A DNA stretch of 64,000 nucleotides from Vicugna vicugna. Lineage: Eukaryota. Below the pieces are notes generated by a model. It saw only the letters and a list, made by a program, of their open reading frames with translations. It was not told where the DNA came from and did not search any database. Of the stretch, positions 25,211-36,559 are shown in pieces. The stretch spans positions 3,163,050 to 3,227,049 of the forward strand of contig MU058781.1 in the NCBI GenBank assembly GCA_013265495.1, in the 5' to 3' direction. A program made the position numbers and the translations under genes. Position 1 is the first letter of the stretch; every line of letters starts with the position of its first letter.

Positions 25211-26639
25211 TTTAAATGGAGTTATCCGCAGAGTTCATGGCAGGGAGACCGCACGAGAGGGGAGACAGCCTAATACAGCAGCCCCCGTGGGTGTGTGACT
25301 GAAGGTGGACACAGAATGCCCGGTATGCACGTCTTTCTTCTCAGAGACAGTGCGGCAGGTCCTGCATCCTCACGCTGATTGGAACCGCTCAGAGCTGGTT
25401 TAGGGAATTAACAGAAGTAATGCAAGTAGAGTAAATATCTATTGGATGACTTCTAATACCACAGTGACTCTACATACATCAGTCATAAACACGCAGACCA
25501 CATCTCTCCATTGTAATATAGTAAACCCATTAGCAGGCATTATTCTTACGGCTCCCCCTCAGCATTACAGCAGGCTTCTGTTGCAAGGCCGAAGAAATTA
25601 CCCTGGGAACTGCATACAGTACCTACGCTGTAATTGGTTTAGAACCGCTTGGTAGATTTATGAGGGAATTTCTCCTCTCAGATTCTTTGGAAATACAGAC
25701 CACATATTCCTTTGGCAGTTCTCTTAGCCTGATTGCTGTTTGCTCTCATTTCACTTGTACCAGACTTCTGAGCAACGCTTTCCGAACTGAACATGCTCAG
25801 ATCACTCACCCCGTCCCCACCCCATCCCAGGGTACAATGAATGCTTCACATGGGACCAAAATGCCAGACAGTCCCATGGGATGTAATCAAGATGAGGGCA
25901 TTGGATGTAGTCCCTGCTCCCTGGGAGATTCTAGTTAAAAATAAAAGCAAACAGCAGAGAAACATTCTTCAATGCCAAAAACAGTTCTAACCATATTTCT
26001 TTAGGGAATAGAAGTCTCATTTTTAAAACTCCAGTGAACTGACAGTTCCTTTATGTGTTTTTCTTCCTACACAATTGGTTTTGATCTCTGTAGCTCTTTC
26101 TTGTCTTCTAAGTATCACTCCTGTGTTTTGGGGGGAGGGATGGAAGGCTCTCTCTGGAGAACTGGGAAGGTCAGTTTTGTATCTATCTCCTATGAGCTAA
26201 GGGAAGTAGCCAGAAGTTCTGTTGATGTGTCTTGACCTTGAACTTTAAGGTCCCAGTGTCACAATGAATTCCACCTAAATCCGGTCACGTGGGTCAGCAG
26301 CAGATGTGGAAAAGTTGGATTTAAAGACAAGTCCTCAAATCGAGATGATCACATGCACCCCCCTTAAAGGAGCCATTTCTGAAAACAGCACCTAATTGAA
26401 TTGAATAATAAATGAAAGTCATCACCGGCCTTAGTTTTTGTGTTCCTCTGCCGCATGATGGACACAGAAAATATTTCACACCCTCTCCTGCGACCTTCTG
26501 CAAGATTCCCATTAGAATTAAACACACCCAGTCCCTCCCGTGTTAAAAAATAAAAGCCCCACATCCTTGTGTTATTGCCACAGGCCATCCAGCTAAGTCC
26601 CTACCTCACACACACACACACACTTCACCTAACTTACAG

Positions 26640-28310
26640 CGTCCACTTCCTCCCTTTCACTTATATCCTGAATCTCACTTCAACCTTTCTCACTCCTCTA
26701 AGTCCTCTCCACCCAAATGACCCCTTACGTCTTTGTTCCGAAATGTAATGGGCACTTTGGTGACTTTACTGCTTGACTTCTCAGGCAGCACACAGCCCGT
26801 GAACCACTCTCTCCTTGAAACACCATTTTCCTTGACTTCAGGCCACCACCTTCTCTGGGGATTCTTTCCCACTTCTCTAGCCATTCCTGGGGTCCTTTTT
26901 GCCTCCTATGCCTCCTTCTGCTCCCCTACATCTTGTGGTTGCACACTGTCCTGCCCTCTACCCTTCTCTCTCCTCTCTGTAGAGTCTCATCTGGGGGCTC
27001 CATCCACCCCTACACCTCCAAATACCAGCTGCGAGCTGACATCCCTCAAACTCCACTACAGCCCTGATCGTGTGCCTGTGCCCTAAAACCATGCACCCAT
27101 CAGACCCCACAATCTGAGCATGTCCCAAACTCAGCTCTCCCCCTCACTTCTGTCTCCCTCGTGTCCATGAGTGGGAAGCCCAAGAGCCCATTTGTCAGAC
27201 AAGAAACCCAGCAGTCATCCTTGATGACAAAACCACCCTATCCTGACAGGCCTACCTCCTCAGTGTCTCACAAACAACCCCTCTCTCCATCTTAGCGACT
27301 GTCTTAGTCCATTCAAACCACTGTCACAGAATACCAAGACTGGGTGGCTTATAAAACAGCAGAAATTTATTTCTCATGGTTTTGGAGGCTGGGAAGTTCA
27401 AGATCAAGGTGCTGGCAGATTCCGTATCTGGTGGAAGCCTGCATCCAAGTCCATGCATGGCTGTCTTTTCACTGTATCCTCACGTGATGGAAGAAGATGA
27501 GGGAACTCTGCAGAGTCTCTTTTATAAGGGCACTAATCCCATTCCTGAGGGCCCCACCCTCACAACCTGATTGCCTCCACACACCATCACACTGGGAACT
27601 AGGTTCCAACATATGAATTGAGCGAGGGGAGGTGGATGCAAACATTCAGTCTAAAGCAGCTACTGTCACTTTAATCACGGCAGCTAATGTTGTCTTGCAC
27701 TGGGACCACCTCAGCCACCTCCTGATGGGACACACTGCTTCTGTTCTTGCTCATCCAGTCTCCACGCTGCAGCCAGAACCTTCAACACCACAGTCCATCC
27801 CAGTTATCAGGACCTCCCTGTTGCTTCTAGAATACAAACCCCTTGGCATGTGCTCTGCAGGGTTCTCTCTAGTCTCCCACCGACACTTCGTCCCAGCCCT
27901 CTCTGTCAACCAGCTCCACTGCACTGAGGACTCAGGCACTTGCTTTACTGTGTTTCACCTCAGTCCCTTTTTTTGTGCTATTCCCTGGACCTGAAACACA
28001 CCCGCCTCTAGCAGAACTCCCCACCCGCCCCACTGCTTTGTCTAGTTACCATCCGCATGTCTTCACTTCCCGTATCCCCCAAGGCTGTGATTATGGCCCC
28101 CTCTGCCCACTCAGAGCGTGGATATGTCATTCAGTCACATCACCTATGCACTGGACTGAAATGGCCTCTTTTTCTGTGTCTTCTTGGTTTGAGAAGAACA
28201 GCAAATCCACAAAGGGAGAGTCTGAATCTTATTCATCACTCTCCCCCAAAGTCTATAACCTGCTTGACGTATAGTAAGTGAAGGATAAATAGCAATTGAA
28301 TAAATGCAGC
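26640..28310 (+). mobile_element. L2 LINE remnant interrupted by an MLT1A LTR
   Basis: pyrimidine-rich L2 body (actctctccttgaaacacc...ttgacttc; catgtcccaaactcagctc) and degenerate L2 tail near 28300. Confidence 0.75.
27300..27658 (-). mobile_element. MLT1A/MLT1A0 MaLR solo LTR
   Basis: tgtcttagtccattc...aaacattcagtctaaagca with TG/CA ends; 5-bp TSD gcgac/gctac. Confidence 0.9.
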
Positions 28311-29870
28311 ATGATTTTATTTTCCTAGTGCAGGGATAGTATGAGGAATCCTGATAGAAATGATCGTTTTAAATGCATTAAAGTAATAAAATCACCCCCA
28401 GAAGGAAGATGACAAATCAGCCCTTTACCTGTTACTCTAGTTAATGTGATTTTTAGTCCTATCTATATGCCATAGACCATTAAATTGGCGCAACTAGTAT
28501 GTTTTGTTTATTTTGTCCACGTGAATGAAGTTGTAATTCAAGCTGTTTCTCTATGCAGATACTTGCAAGTTTTCATAAAATTCTTATACTAAATAAGCCT
28601 TCAGGTGAGGGAGGCAAACTAACGCTTCCTAGCGATCAACGTGTATTTGCCTACGCCCTCTTCTGGATGGACTGAGAATAGCTTAAGTGTGGAAAAGATT
28701 CCGTAAGGAATGAGGAGGACCAACCTAAAAGCGTGATTCTGGGTTCACATCAACTCAGACTTTCTGGGTGAGAATAAGTAGCTGAACATCCGAGGAGGGA
28801 AGTGTGTGACATCACCCTTGGTCAGGGGACTGTGCGGTCCTGGCGGCTCATTCTGCAGGAAGCCCACGTCCTTGCTCTGCACCCCATCCCTCTGCCTCTG
28901 TCCCTCCAGCTGAGAGGCACGGAGCCCTTGCCCCTGGCCACACAGTCCTGGCCCTTCCACCACCAGTGGCCTCTGCCTTGGTGGCTAAAACACCAAGTCA
29001 GGGGACTGCCTCTGCCTGGCTGGCTCTCTTAGAAATCCGGTTGCCAGATTTAGCAAATATATGGCGAATAGTTTCTCTTCTCTGGCTACCTGATCTCCGA
29101 CACAACCAGCAACACCACCTTGTGGTCCCCGGACGCTACCTTTCACCCTGCTTGATGCTTCCTCTTACAGTTCACTAGTCCCTTAAACTGTGTGAACTTC
29201 AACTTCTTTCTTTATTATTTTTGCTTGTCTTAATCCTGTCCCCGTTCTCTGTTTTCAGTTCATTGTCTTACTTTCTATTGTTTTTGACTGCTTCCTTTTC
29301 TCATTATTTCTTCCCATTTTTTCTGATCATTTTATCTTGCGATACATTATTATTTTATCCTTACTGTTACTTCCTGTCTTTTCACTGAGAGACTTTCAAG
29401 CTTTAGATTTCCCAGTCGCTTATGTTATTAGCTCTTTCACATGGTCTTTGCTTATTTTAACATTTTATCAATTGTTTTCAATTGAAGCCAGGTTTCAATG
29501 TGTGACTCCATGAATGAATTATTCTCTGCCTTGTTTTACTTCATCCAGTGTTCACTAATCACCCCTAACCCTTGGGTGTGTGTTTTTCATTTTGGTTCAG
29601 CATTTTACTTGACCACTTGACGAGCAAGCCTCTCTTGCGGCTTTGTTTTTCTTATGTTGCTTAGACGAGTATTACCTTCTCTTTTTATTTTTGAATGATC
29701 CTTTTTTTCCTCTTATTTTACAAAGGGCAGTTCAAGAGACATACTGATTAAGGGGACGGTCAGAAGGCTGACCCATGCTTTGAAGAACAGCACACGGGTG
29801 CTTGTCCTCCTCGGGGAGAGGGGAAGGGGCAGTGGGGAGTCCAGGCCAGTGGCTCACCTTTACATAGTTT

Positions 29871-29890
29871 TGTGTGTGTGTGTGTGTGTG
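29871..29890. repeat. (TG)n microsatellite
   Basis: visible directly. Confidence 0.9.
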
Positions 29891-30544
29891 TATGAACAAG
29901 GAAAGAATGTTGAGTCAGGAAGTGAGGCAGAGAAGGGGCTCTTGGAGGCCCTGAAGCTCTGAGTTGAGTAGCTGGGTAATGAGGATTCTGTTTTCTGCTA
30001 ACAAGAGCAATTTTGCAACAATACCTACACATCTGTACCAAAACCACAATTACAAGTAATTTTGGTATAAACACCTGCACCTTGGCCCTCATAAAAAGTG
30101 AAGAGAGTTGAGGAGATGTAAGAACAAGACGCTCCCCTTATAATCTTCCCCAAAAGATGATGATATGGTTTAAAAAAGAGAGAGAGAGGGAGTGGGGAAG
30201 CTAATGCAAAGGAAGGGAGGGAAAAAAGTGAAAATGAAAATTCAGGGAGTTTTCTTTCAATCTTCTTATTGTACAGCCTAAGAGAGAAAAGAGAGTCCAC
30301 ACCTGAGACCCAAGTCCCTAGTAAACTCCAGTGTCTAAGTTTGAGCAAAGTGATTTTCAACAAGTGTGGGAGAAACGATTGCGGTTTTGTGGAAATGATT
30401 TACGTCAAGTGCGTGGCATCCAGTGAGCCCTGAGCACATGATGTTTATTAGGGCATGATCCCCATCACCTCCACAGAAATAACAGGAAAGTCATAGGAAA
30501 GCAGATTTGATGGTACAAGAGCCTTCCTACCCATTAGCTACCTC

Positions 30545-30712
30545 GGTGTTTCCCAGCACTTAGCTGAGTACTAACATCACCTAGCGGACTTCTGAAAAAT
30601 TCTGAATGCTTGATGTTCACCCCCATGGAGCCTGATTTAAATGAGCACAAGGGAGTTATATGTTTCTAAAGTCCCCCATGGGATTCTAGTGACCTTCCAG
30701 GACTGGGACCTC
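30545..30712. mobile_element. MER5-like MITE
   Basis: gtgtttccca...catcacctag...ctgatttaa...ggattctagtgac. Confidence 0.55.
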
Positions 30713-31989
30713 CTGAACTAACAGGTGAGCAGGACCCAGTGTCCCCGCACTCTGGTAAGTCAGAGATTTGATGGTAAACAGCCGTGTAGGCACATTTTCT
30801 TGGCGAGATCCACTTGAATGTAGCGTGTGAGATAGCGTCTAAGTATGATCTTCTAGAGCCTGAATCAGCATTCACGTGTCCATTTAAACACATAAGTCAT
30901 TGAACGTATGTGTCAAGAACTGTGCCTGAACTGAGTTCTGGGATCTAGAACTGACACAGTCTTTCCTTCGCGTGGCTCCCAGTCTAATGGAGGAAGCAAG
31001 GAGAAGTGACAGTTCTGGGTGACGTGTTCCCGTATAGGTGTGCGCTGGAGCAGGAGCCGGGTAGGGAAGGGGAGGACCAGAGAGCATATCCAGAGAATGT
31101 GATGATAAGAATGAACAGGAGTGAACTGAGCAGAGAAGAGAGGTCCAATGATAGGATGTTGGTGACACAGATGGGAAGGATGGTTTGCCAATTTTATGTA
31201 ACCACCATGAATTAATATTGCTTTATCTTAAAATTATTGGTGTAAATCTGTAGACACCTGTTGTACATTGGGGATAGTATTAGGATCGTAGGGGTTTAAA
31301 TATCACAGCAACATCCCATTAGTTAGATTTCCTGGGAAAAATGTGTGACAATATCCTGAAACAGTGTGTTTTTAAAGGTTGACTGACTCCCAAGGTTGTT
31401 TGTAACTTTTTAAGTTCTAGAACACAGGTAGAATGACTTTGCAAGCTTTTTCCCTTATTTTACTCCCACTCTTCTGTTTATCTGGTAGACTAATGAAGAC
31501 AGCTTTTATGTGTGTATCAATGTCTGTGTATGAGACAGAAGACTGGAAAGGTCAGTTGTGTTCCAAGTGTAAAATCAATTCCCAGAGAGTAGGCCTGTTG
31601 ACAGCTCTGGCTTAACCATTTAGTTGGAATGGTTTAAAAATATCTTAGTTTTTATGTTCAGTGGTATTCAACCGTTAACGGAATTTAGGAATTACGAGGG
31701 ACAACAAAGCACTGCAGAATTGACACTTGGCTTAAAACCCACCAGAATACAGAGTGACCCCAGTCCTTCTCCACATGACAACCCTTCAGATGTTCCAAGA
31801 CGGTTATCAAGTCCCTGTCCATCTCTTCCTTAGACCAAAGTTCTTCTTTATCAAAAATAGAATTGAATATCGTATAGAGACTGCCTTTCGATCAAGCAGT
31901 GAGCTAAGTTCTAGTGTAAAGGTTGGTGGCTGTCTTTAAGTGTCTAGTGTAAAGGTTTAGTGAAGGACACAATGTGTAATCAAAACGAG

Positions 31990-32630
31990 TTTAAATTGTG
32001 GTAAGTGCAGTTGCAGAGATTAACAACGGGATGGTGTGTGGCATTAAGATGGAGGAGATAACGCTTCCTGGAGGAGTCCGGGAAGACATCAGCAAGGAGA
32101 TGCTGTCTGGGCTGAGTCTTGAAAGGCAGATAAGAATTGAGCAGATGACGGTGGGATGGAGTTTGGCAGGGGAAAGAACCTGGCTGCCTCTCCACGAAGA
32201 GGGAGCACAGATAAATGAAATCACTGGCTGGGGCAGGGGGTGGGATTGAAAAACAGTGTATTCATGGAACTGCAGGTCAGCCAGGCACTGGATCCTGGGC
32301 AGTAGAAGGAAAGGGAAGGGGGCGATGGTCCATGATACAAAGGAGGCAGCATCCCCAAGGTCCTAATAGGTTTGCTTGGCAACATTAGAACCGCTTATCC
32401 AACAAGTCATCAGGAGCCACGGAATGACTTTTAGCAGAGAAATGACACTGTCAGATTTGCACTTCAGTAAAATTGTCAGATGTTTGTGCAGAGAGAAGAA
32501 GAAGGGATGACAGGACAGGGAGAAAGGAAAAAGACTGGTATGTAGTGATGCCTGGAATGGAGATGGAGAGGCAGTGTGGGGACCCAGATTGTCATGCGGG
32601 TAAAATCCTCAGGACCCAGAACTTGACTGA
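31990..32630 (-). mobile_element. L2 LINE remnant
   Basis: tgggctgagtcttgaaagg...aggagccacggaatgacttttagcagagaaatgacactgtcagatttgcac. Confidence 0.7.
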
Positions 32631-33749
32631 ATGTCCAAGAAATGCATGGGCAGGAAGATTTTTTTTCTTAGACTCCAACCTTTTCAACCATTCCATGCCA
32701 CACTGTTTCCCGTCTCTTCACCATTTTGGTTACTGTCTTGATACGGATGGAACCTGATGACCCTCCTGCCATAACTTAATTGCAACCCATTCTTCCTCAC
32801 AGTGTAATGGTCCTGAAGTAATAGCAGTGTCACTGTTTATATCACGACGTCAACTTAAACTGCAATTAAGTCACAAGTCCAGGCTATTAGGAACTACTGT
32901 CATCATAGCTACGGCTTCCTGTATCTGCCAGTGCTGAGCTGTGAGATACAGAATTATAGGCAGGCGTAATTTGTTTTAAATTTCTTTTTGTAATCATATT
33001 AATTGAACATGGAAGTGAATTAAAAAATACAAAGGGCATGGCGTTGAGTGCAATGCATGTCTTCATAATAAGTAGATTAAAGAAATGATTATTACCAGTA
33101 GCTGAAATCAAACCTTGCTCATCTGTCATAGTGCAGTGTAGATACAGTGACCCCTCCAAGTTCAGTAACTGTTCAGTACATTTGCCACATGGAGTCTTCA
33201 CGAGGGTCACTTTGAAAAGGGACCAGCACCCACGGCAAGAGGAGGGCATCCTGGTCGTCCTGCTGAGGCTTGGGGGTGTTCCCTCAGCAATGAATACTTG
33301 AAATTTCCCCAGGAGTTATGTGTGATAGCATCTAAGCTCACCACTTATACATGCCCACGGCCAGACCACCATGATGCCCCCCGCTTCTAACAAAACAAAT
33401 GACCATTTGTGCTCTCTCACAGCCCCTCATCCTAAGATCCAGGGGTCCTCAGTATCCATCTAGCTCTGCCCTGGCAAGCTGTGCAGTCCCTCCACTGGTC
33501 ATGGCGGTGAGTTCTACAGAATAGAGCTGCTTAATCTCACTTGGCCCAGCTCCAATAAGGATGTGCCCATCTGCTCTTCAATTCTGCCTACTTTAGAGCC
33601 CAGTCCAGCCTTTGTACCAGATACTTAGGGGCCAGGCTGGCCAAGAGGGAGAACCGGGCAAATTCTCCTCTGCACGTCTTTCTAGACCTGCTCTAGTTCT
33701 GTAATGCATATCTCATATATGTGCCAGAATAACTTAGTGAATGAAATAG

Positions 33750-33780
33750 TTGCAATACTGAGTCATCTGCTAGAGGGCAA
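33750..33780 (+). promoter_or_regulatory. extended CTCF-like site (upstream motif plus core) with embedded AP-1 motif
   Basis: tTGCAATACtgagtcatCTGCTAGAGGGCAa: upstream TGCA(A/G)TAC module at the expected distance from the core; TGAGTCA at 33759-33765. Confidence 0.5.
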
Positions 33781-34010
33781 CCTATGTTCAATAATGTGGC
33801 TGTTCTGTGGGGCGACACACGTTCTGTTCGTTTGTTTTGTTTTGTTTAAGTTCAAAAGCGAGGTCTGTGAGCTACCCAAATGGGTCTTTAAAATAAAAAT
33901 CCACAAAGCCCAGAGGCATCTCAGCTGAAAAACAGCAGCCTTCGAGGTTTTGCTGTTTCTCAAAGGGTTTATGGTGGACACCTTTACTGTTGCTTTTGTC
34001 CTCTTTCCAG

Positions 34011-34117
34011 AGTCACAAAATATCCTCAGTGTGATTCAAGGAGGCAGCTAACCTCCTCCACTACCAACTGTGAAATCCTCAAAAGCTTTATTCACTTAAC
34101 TACCTGAAAACCAACAG
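34011..34117 (+). other. candidate 107-nt non-coding or poison exon (unverified)
   Basis: acceptor ctttactgttgcttttgtcctctttccag, donor CAG|gtgaga, stop codons in all three frames. Confidence 0.3.
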
Positions 34118-34941
34118 GTGAGAGACGACAGGCGAGGACAAAGAGACATTTCACAACAACATTTAATCTCAAGAGTTGGCAGCGCAGGCTTTTAGGGGAT
34201 CCTATTTATAAACCTAAATCAGAGGGTCTGTGTGAATGATTTTATTTCATTATATGTAGCGCATGCACAGATTGTGTTATCCCAAGAGAGAATCAGTCGT
34301 TAGGTTTTGAGAAGGTTTTGTCGGCTGGTCATTTTGGCTCACGTCTCTAAAGTTAGGGTGTGCCCATGTAAGAATGACGGTGCTAGGGGTGCAGACACTG
34401 TCCATGCTGAGCCCTTCTTGACCACACCTTCCACTCCCCACCCCAGGAGCATGCCTTCTCTAATAAATAGTTTCTGTTTAGTCCTCGTGTGTCAAGAAAT
34501 GACAATTTTTTTTAAAAAATTGGCATTTAGAGCCATCATAAATACATTTCATAGGATGGCTCCATCCTACTTAAAAAGGCTTCATGTCTGCCCCCAGTCC
34601 CTAGGAAGCATGGTTTAGCGTATCAGATTAGATACTGAGTTTCCTACAGAAAAAGCTAATGTAGGCATATGACCGAAGTATAAAAATACAATGGCCCCTT
34701 CTGATAAGAACATAGAAAATGATTTCCTAGGTCTCAGTGGAGAGAGGTCATACAGAATACTAACAGCATTGGGACCAGAGATTTGTCAAGTGAACTGTCT
34801 ATGCAGCACACTGCCTGGCAAATTGACCGTGAGTTCTGTGTCTCTTTGTTCTCAGTGATGTACTTTTGTTCTCAGTGATGCACTTTCCTTCGCCCATCCT
34901 CTCTCACCTATTGGTTTTCAGGTAGTTAAGTGAATAGAGCT
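34084..34941. repeat. 42-bp inverted repeat pair (34084-34125 and 34900-34941)
   Basis: 40 of 42 positions are reverse-complementary; the right arm recurs at 35895-35936 inside the duplicated block. Confidence 0.92.
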
Positions 34942-36330
34942 GCATGCAAATTTTAGCACCCGAAGTCCCAAGACCCTCTTGTTACAAATCCAAGAGCCAT
35001 ATGCCAGTTAGGCACTGGGCAGCTTAGAACTGGGTACAATTGATCACACAGAACGATGCCAGCAGCTTCCATCTGAGACCGTATCTCCCCAGGAAAAGTC
35101 TGAGTGATAAGACAGTTCTCAGATCATTCCAAGGATGCCCAGCTGACTCCAGATCCACTCCACACACCCTCGAGCTCAAGGGAACTCCTAAAGGATGGAA
35201 TGAGTTTTCTGATATCCTTGTTAAACTCCACCTCTGAAATAGCAAAATGCATCACACACTCACCCAGTGCCTTCTCAATGTCAGAGAGGAGCTCAGAGCT
35301 TCAAATCCCAAGGGATCTGAGTGATTTTTTTTTTTNNNNNNNNNNNNNNNNNNNNNNNNNNNNNNNNNNNNNNNNNNNNNNNNNNNNNNNNNNNNNNNNN
35401 NNNNNNNNNNNNNNNNNNNNNNNNNNNNNNNNNNNNNNNNNNNNNNTGCCTTCTCTAATAAATAGTTTCTGTTTAGTCCTCATGTGTCAAGAAATGACAA
35501 TTTTTTTTAAAAAATTGGCATTTAGAGCCATCATAAATACATTTCATAGGATGGCTCCATCCTACTTAAAAAGGCTTCATGTCTGCCCCCAGTCCCTAGG
35601 AAGCATGGTTTAGCGTATCAGATTAGATACTGAGTTTCCTACAGAAAAAGCTAATGTAGGCATATGACCGAAGTATAAAAATACAATGGCCCCTTCTGAT
35701 AAGAACATAGAAAATGATTTCCTAGGTCTCAGTGGAGAGAGGTCATACAGAATACTAACAGCATTGGGACCAGAGATTTGTCAAGTGAACTGTCTATGCA
35801 GCACACTGCCTGGCAAATTGACCGTGAGTTCTGTGTCTCTTTGTTCTCAGTGATGTACTTTTGTTCTCAGTGATGCACTTTCCTTCGCCCATCCTCTCTC
35901 ACCTATTGGTTTTCAGGTAGTTAAGTGAATAGAGCTGCATGCAAATTTTAGCACCCGAAGTCCCAAGACCCTCTTGTTACAAATCCAAGAGCCATATGCC
36001 AGTTAGGCACTGGGCAGCTTAGAACTGGGTACAATTGATCACACAGAACGATGCCAGCAGCTTCCATCTGAGACCGTATCTCCCCAGGAAAAGTCTGAGT
36101 GATAAGACAGTTCTCAGATCATTCCAAGGATGCCCAGCTGACTCCAGATCCACTCCACACACCCTCGAGCTCAAGGGAACTCCTAAAGGATGGAATGAGT
36201 TTTCTGATATCCTTGTTAAACTCCACCTCTGAAATAGCAAAATGCATCACACACTCACCCAGTGCCTTCTCAATGTCAGAGAGGAGCTCAGAGCTTCAAA
36301 TCCCAAGGGATCTGAGTGATTTTTTTTTTT
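34452..36330. repeat. 884-bp direct duplication flanking an assembly gap
   Basis: 34452-35335 equals 35447-36330 (offset 995) apart from G34487/A35482 as far as I can read. Confidence 0.95.
35336..35446. other. assembly gap (111 N)
   Basis: run of N. Confidence 1.
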
Positions 36331-36559
36331 ATGGTCCAGAGATATCATGAGCTATAAACCTGTGGGTGTATTTCATAATGAAGAAAAGGCAGGAATACAC
36401 CAGCTCTCCCTTAATAACATTTCACTCTTAACAAATGGGAAGTGTTCACGGAGGTGACGAGTTTACATAACACACATTTTGACCCTCTTGGGGATGTTGT
36501 TCCTGAGAATATCCTGAATTTCAGAGCAAGCTCTGAAAACAAGCCGACTCTGCTGAGTG

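Noticed and set aside
28559..28604. Possible + strand exon (tatgcag ... cag|gtgagg)
   Set aside because: 46 nt, not frame-preserving, AT-rich and without other support; pseudo-exons like this are common.
34880..34927. Recursive splice site (polypyrimidine tract, cag|gtagtt)
   Set aside because: The regenerated donor GTAGTT is a poor match to GTRAGT, and the motif is explained as part of the inverted-repeat arm.
35104..35613. 169-aa ORF and paired identical ORFs at 35024-36350
   Set aside because: Artefacts of reading through the N gap and of the probable false duplication.
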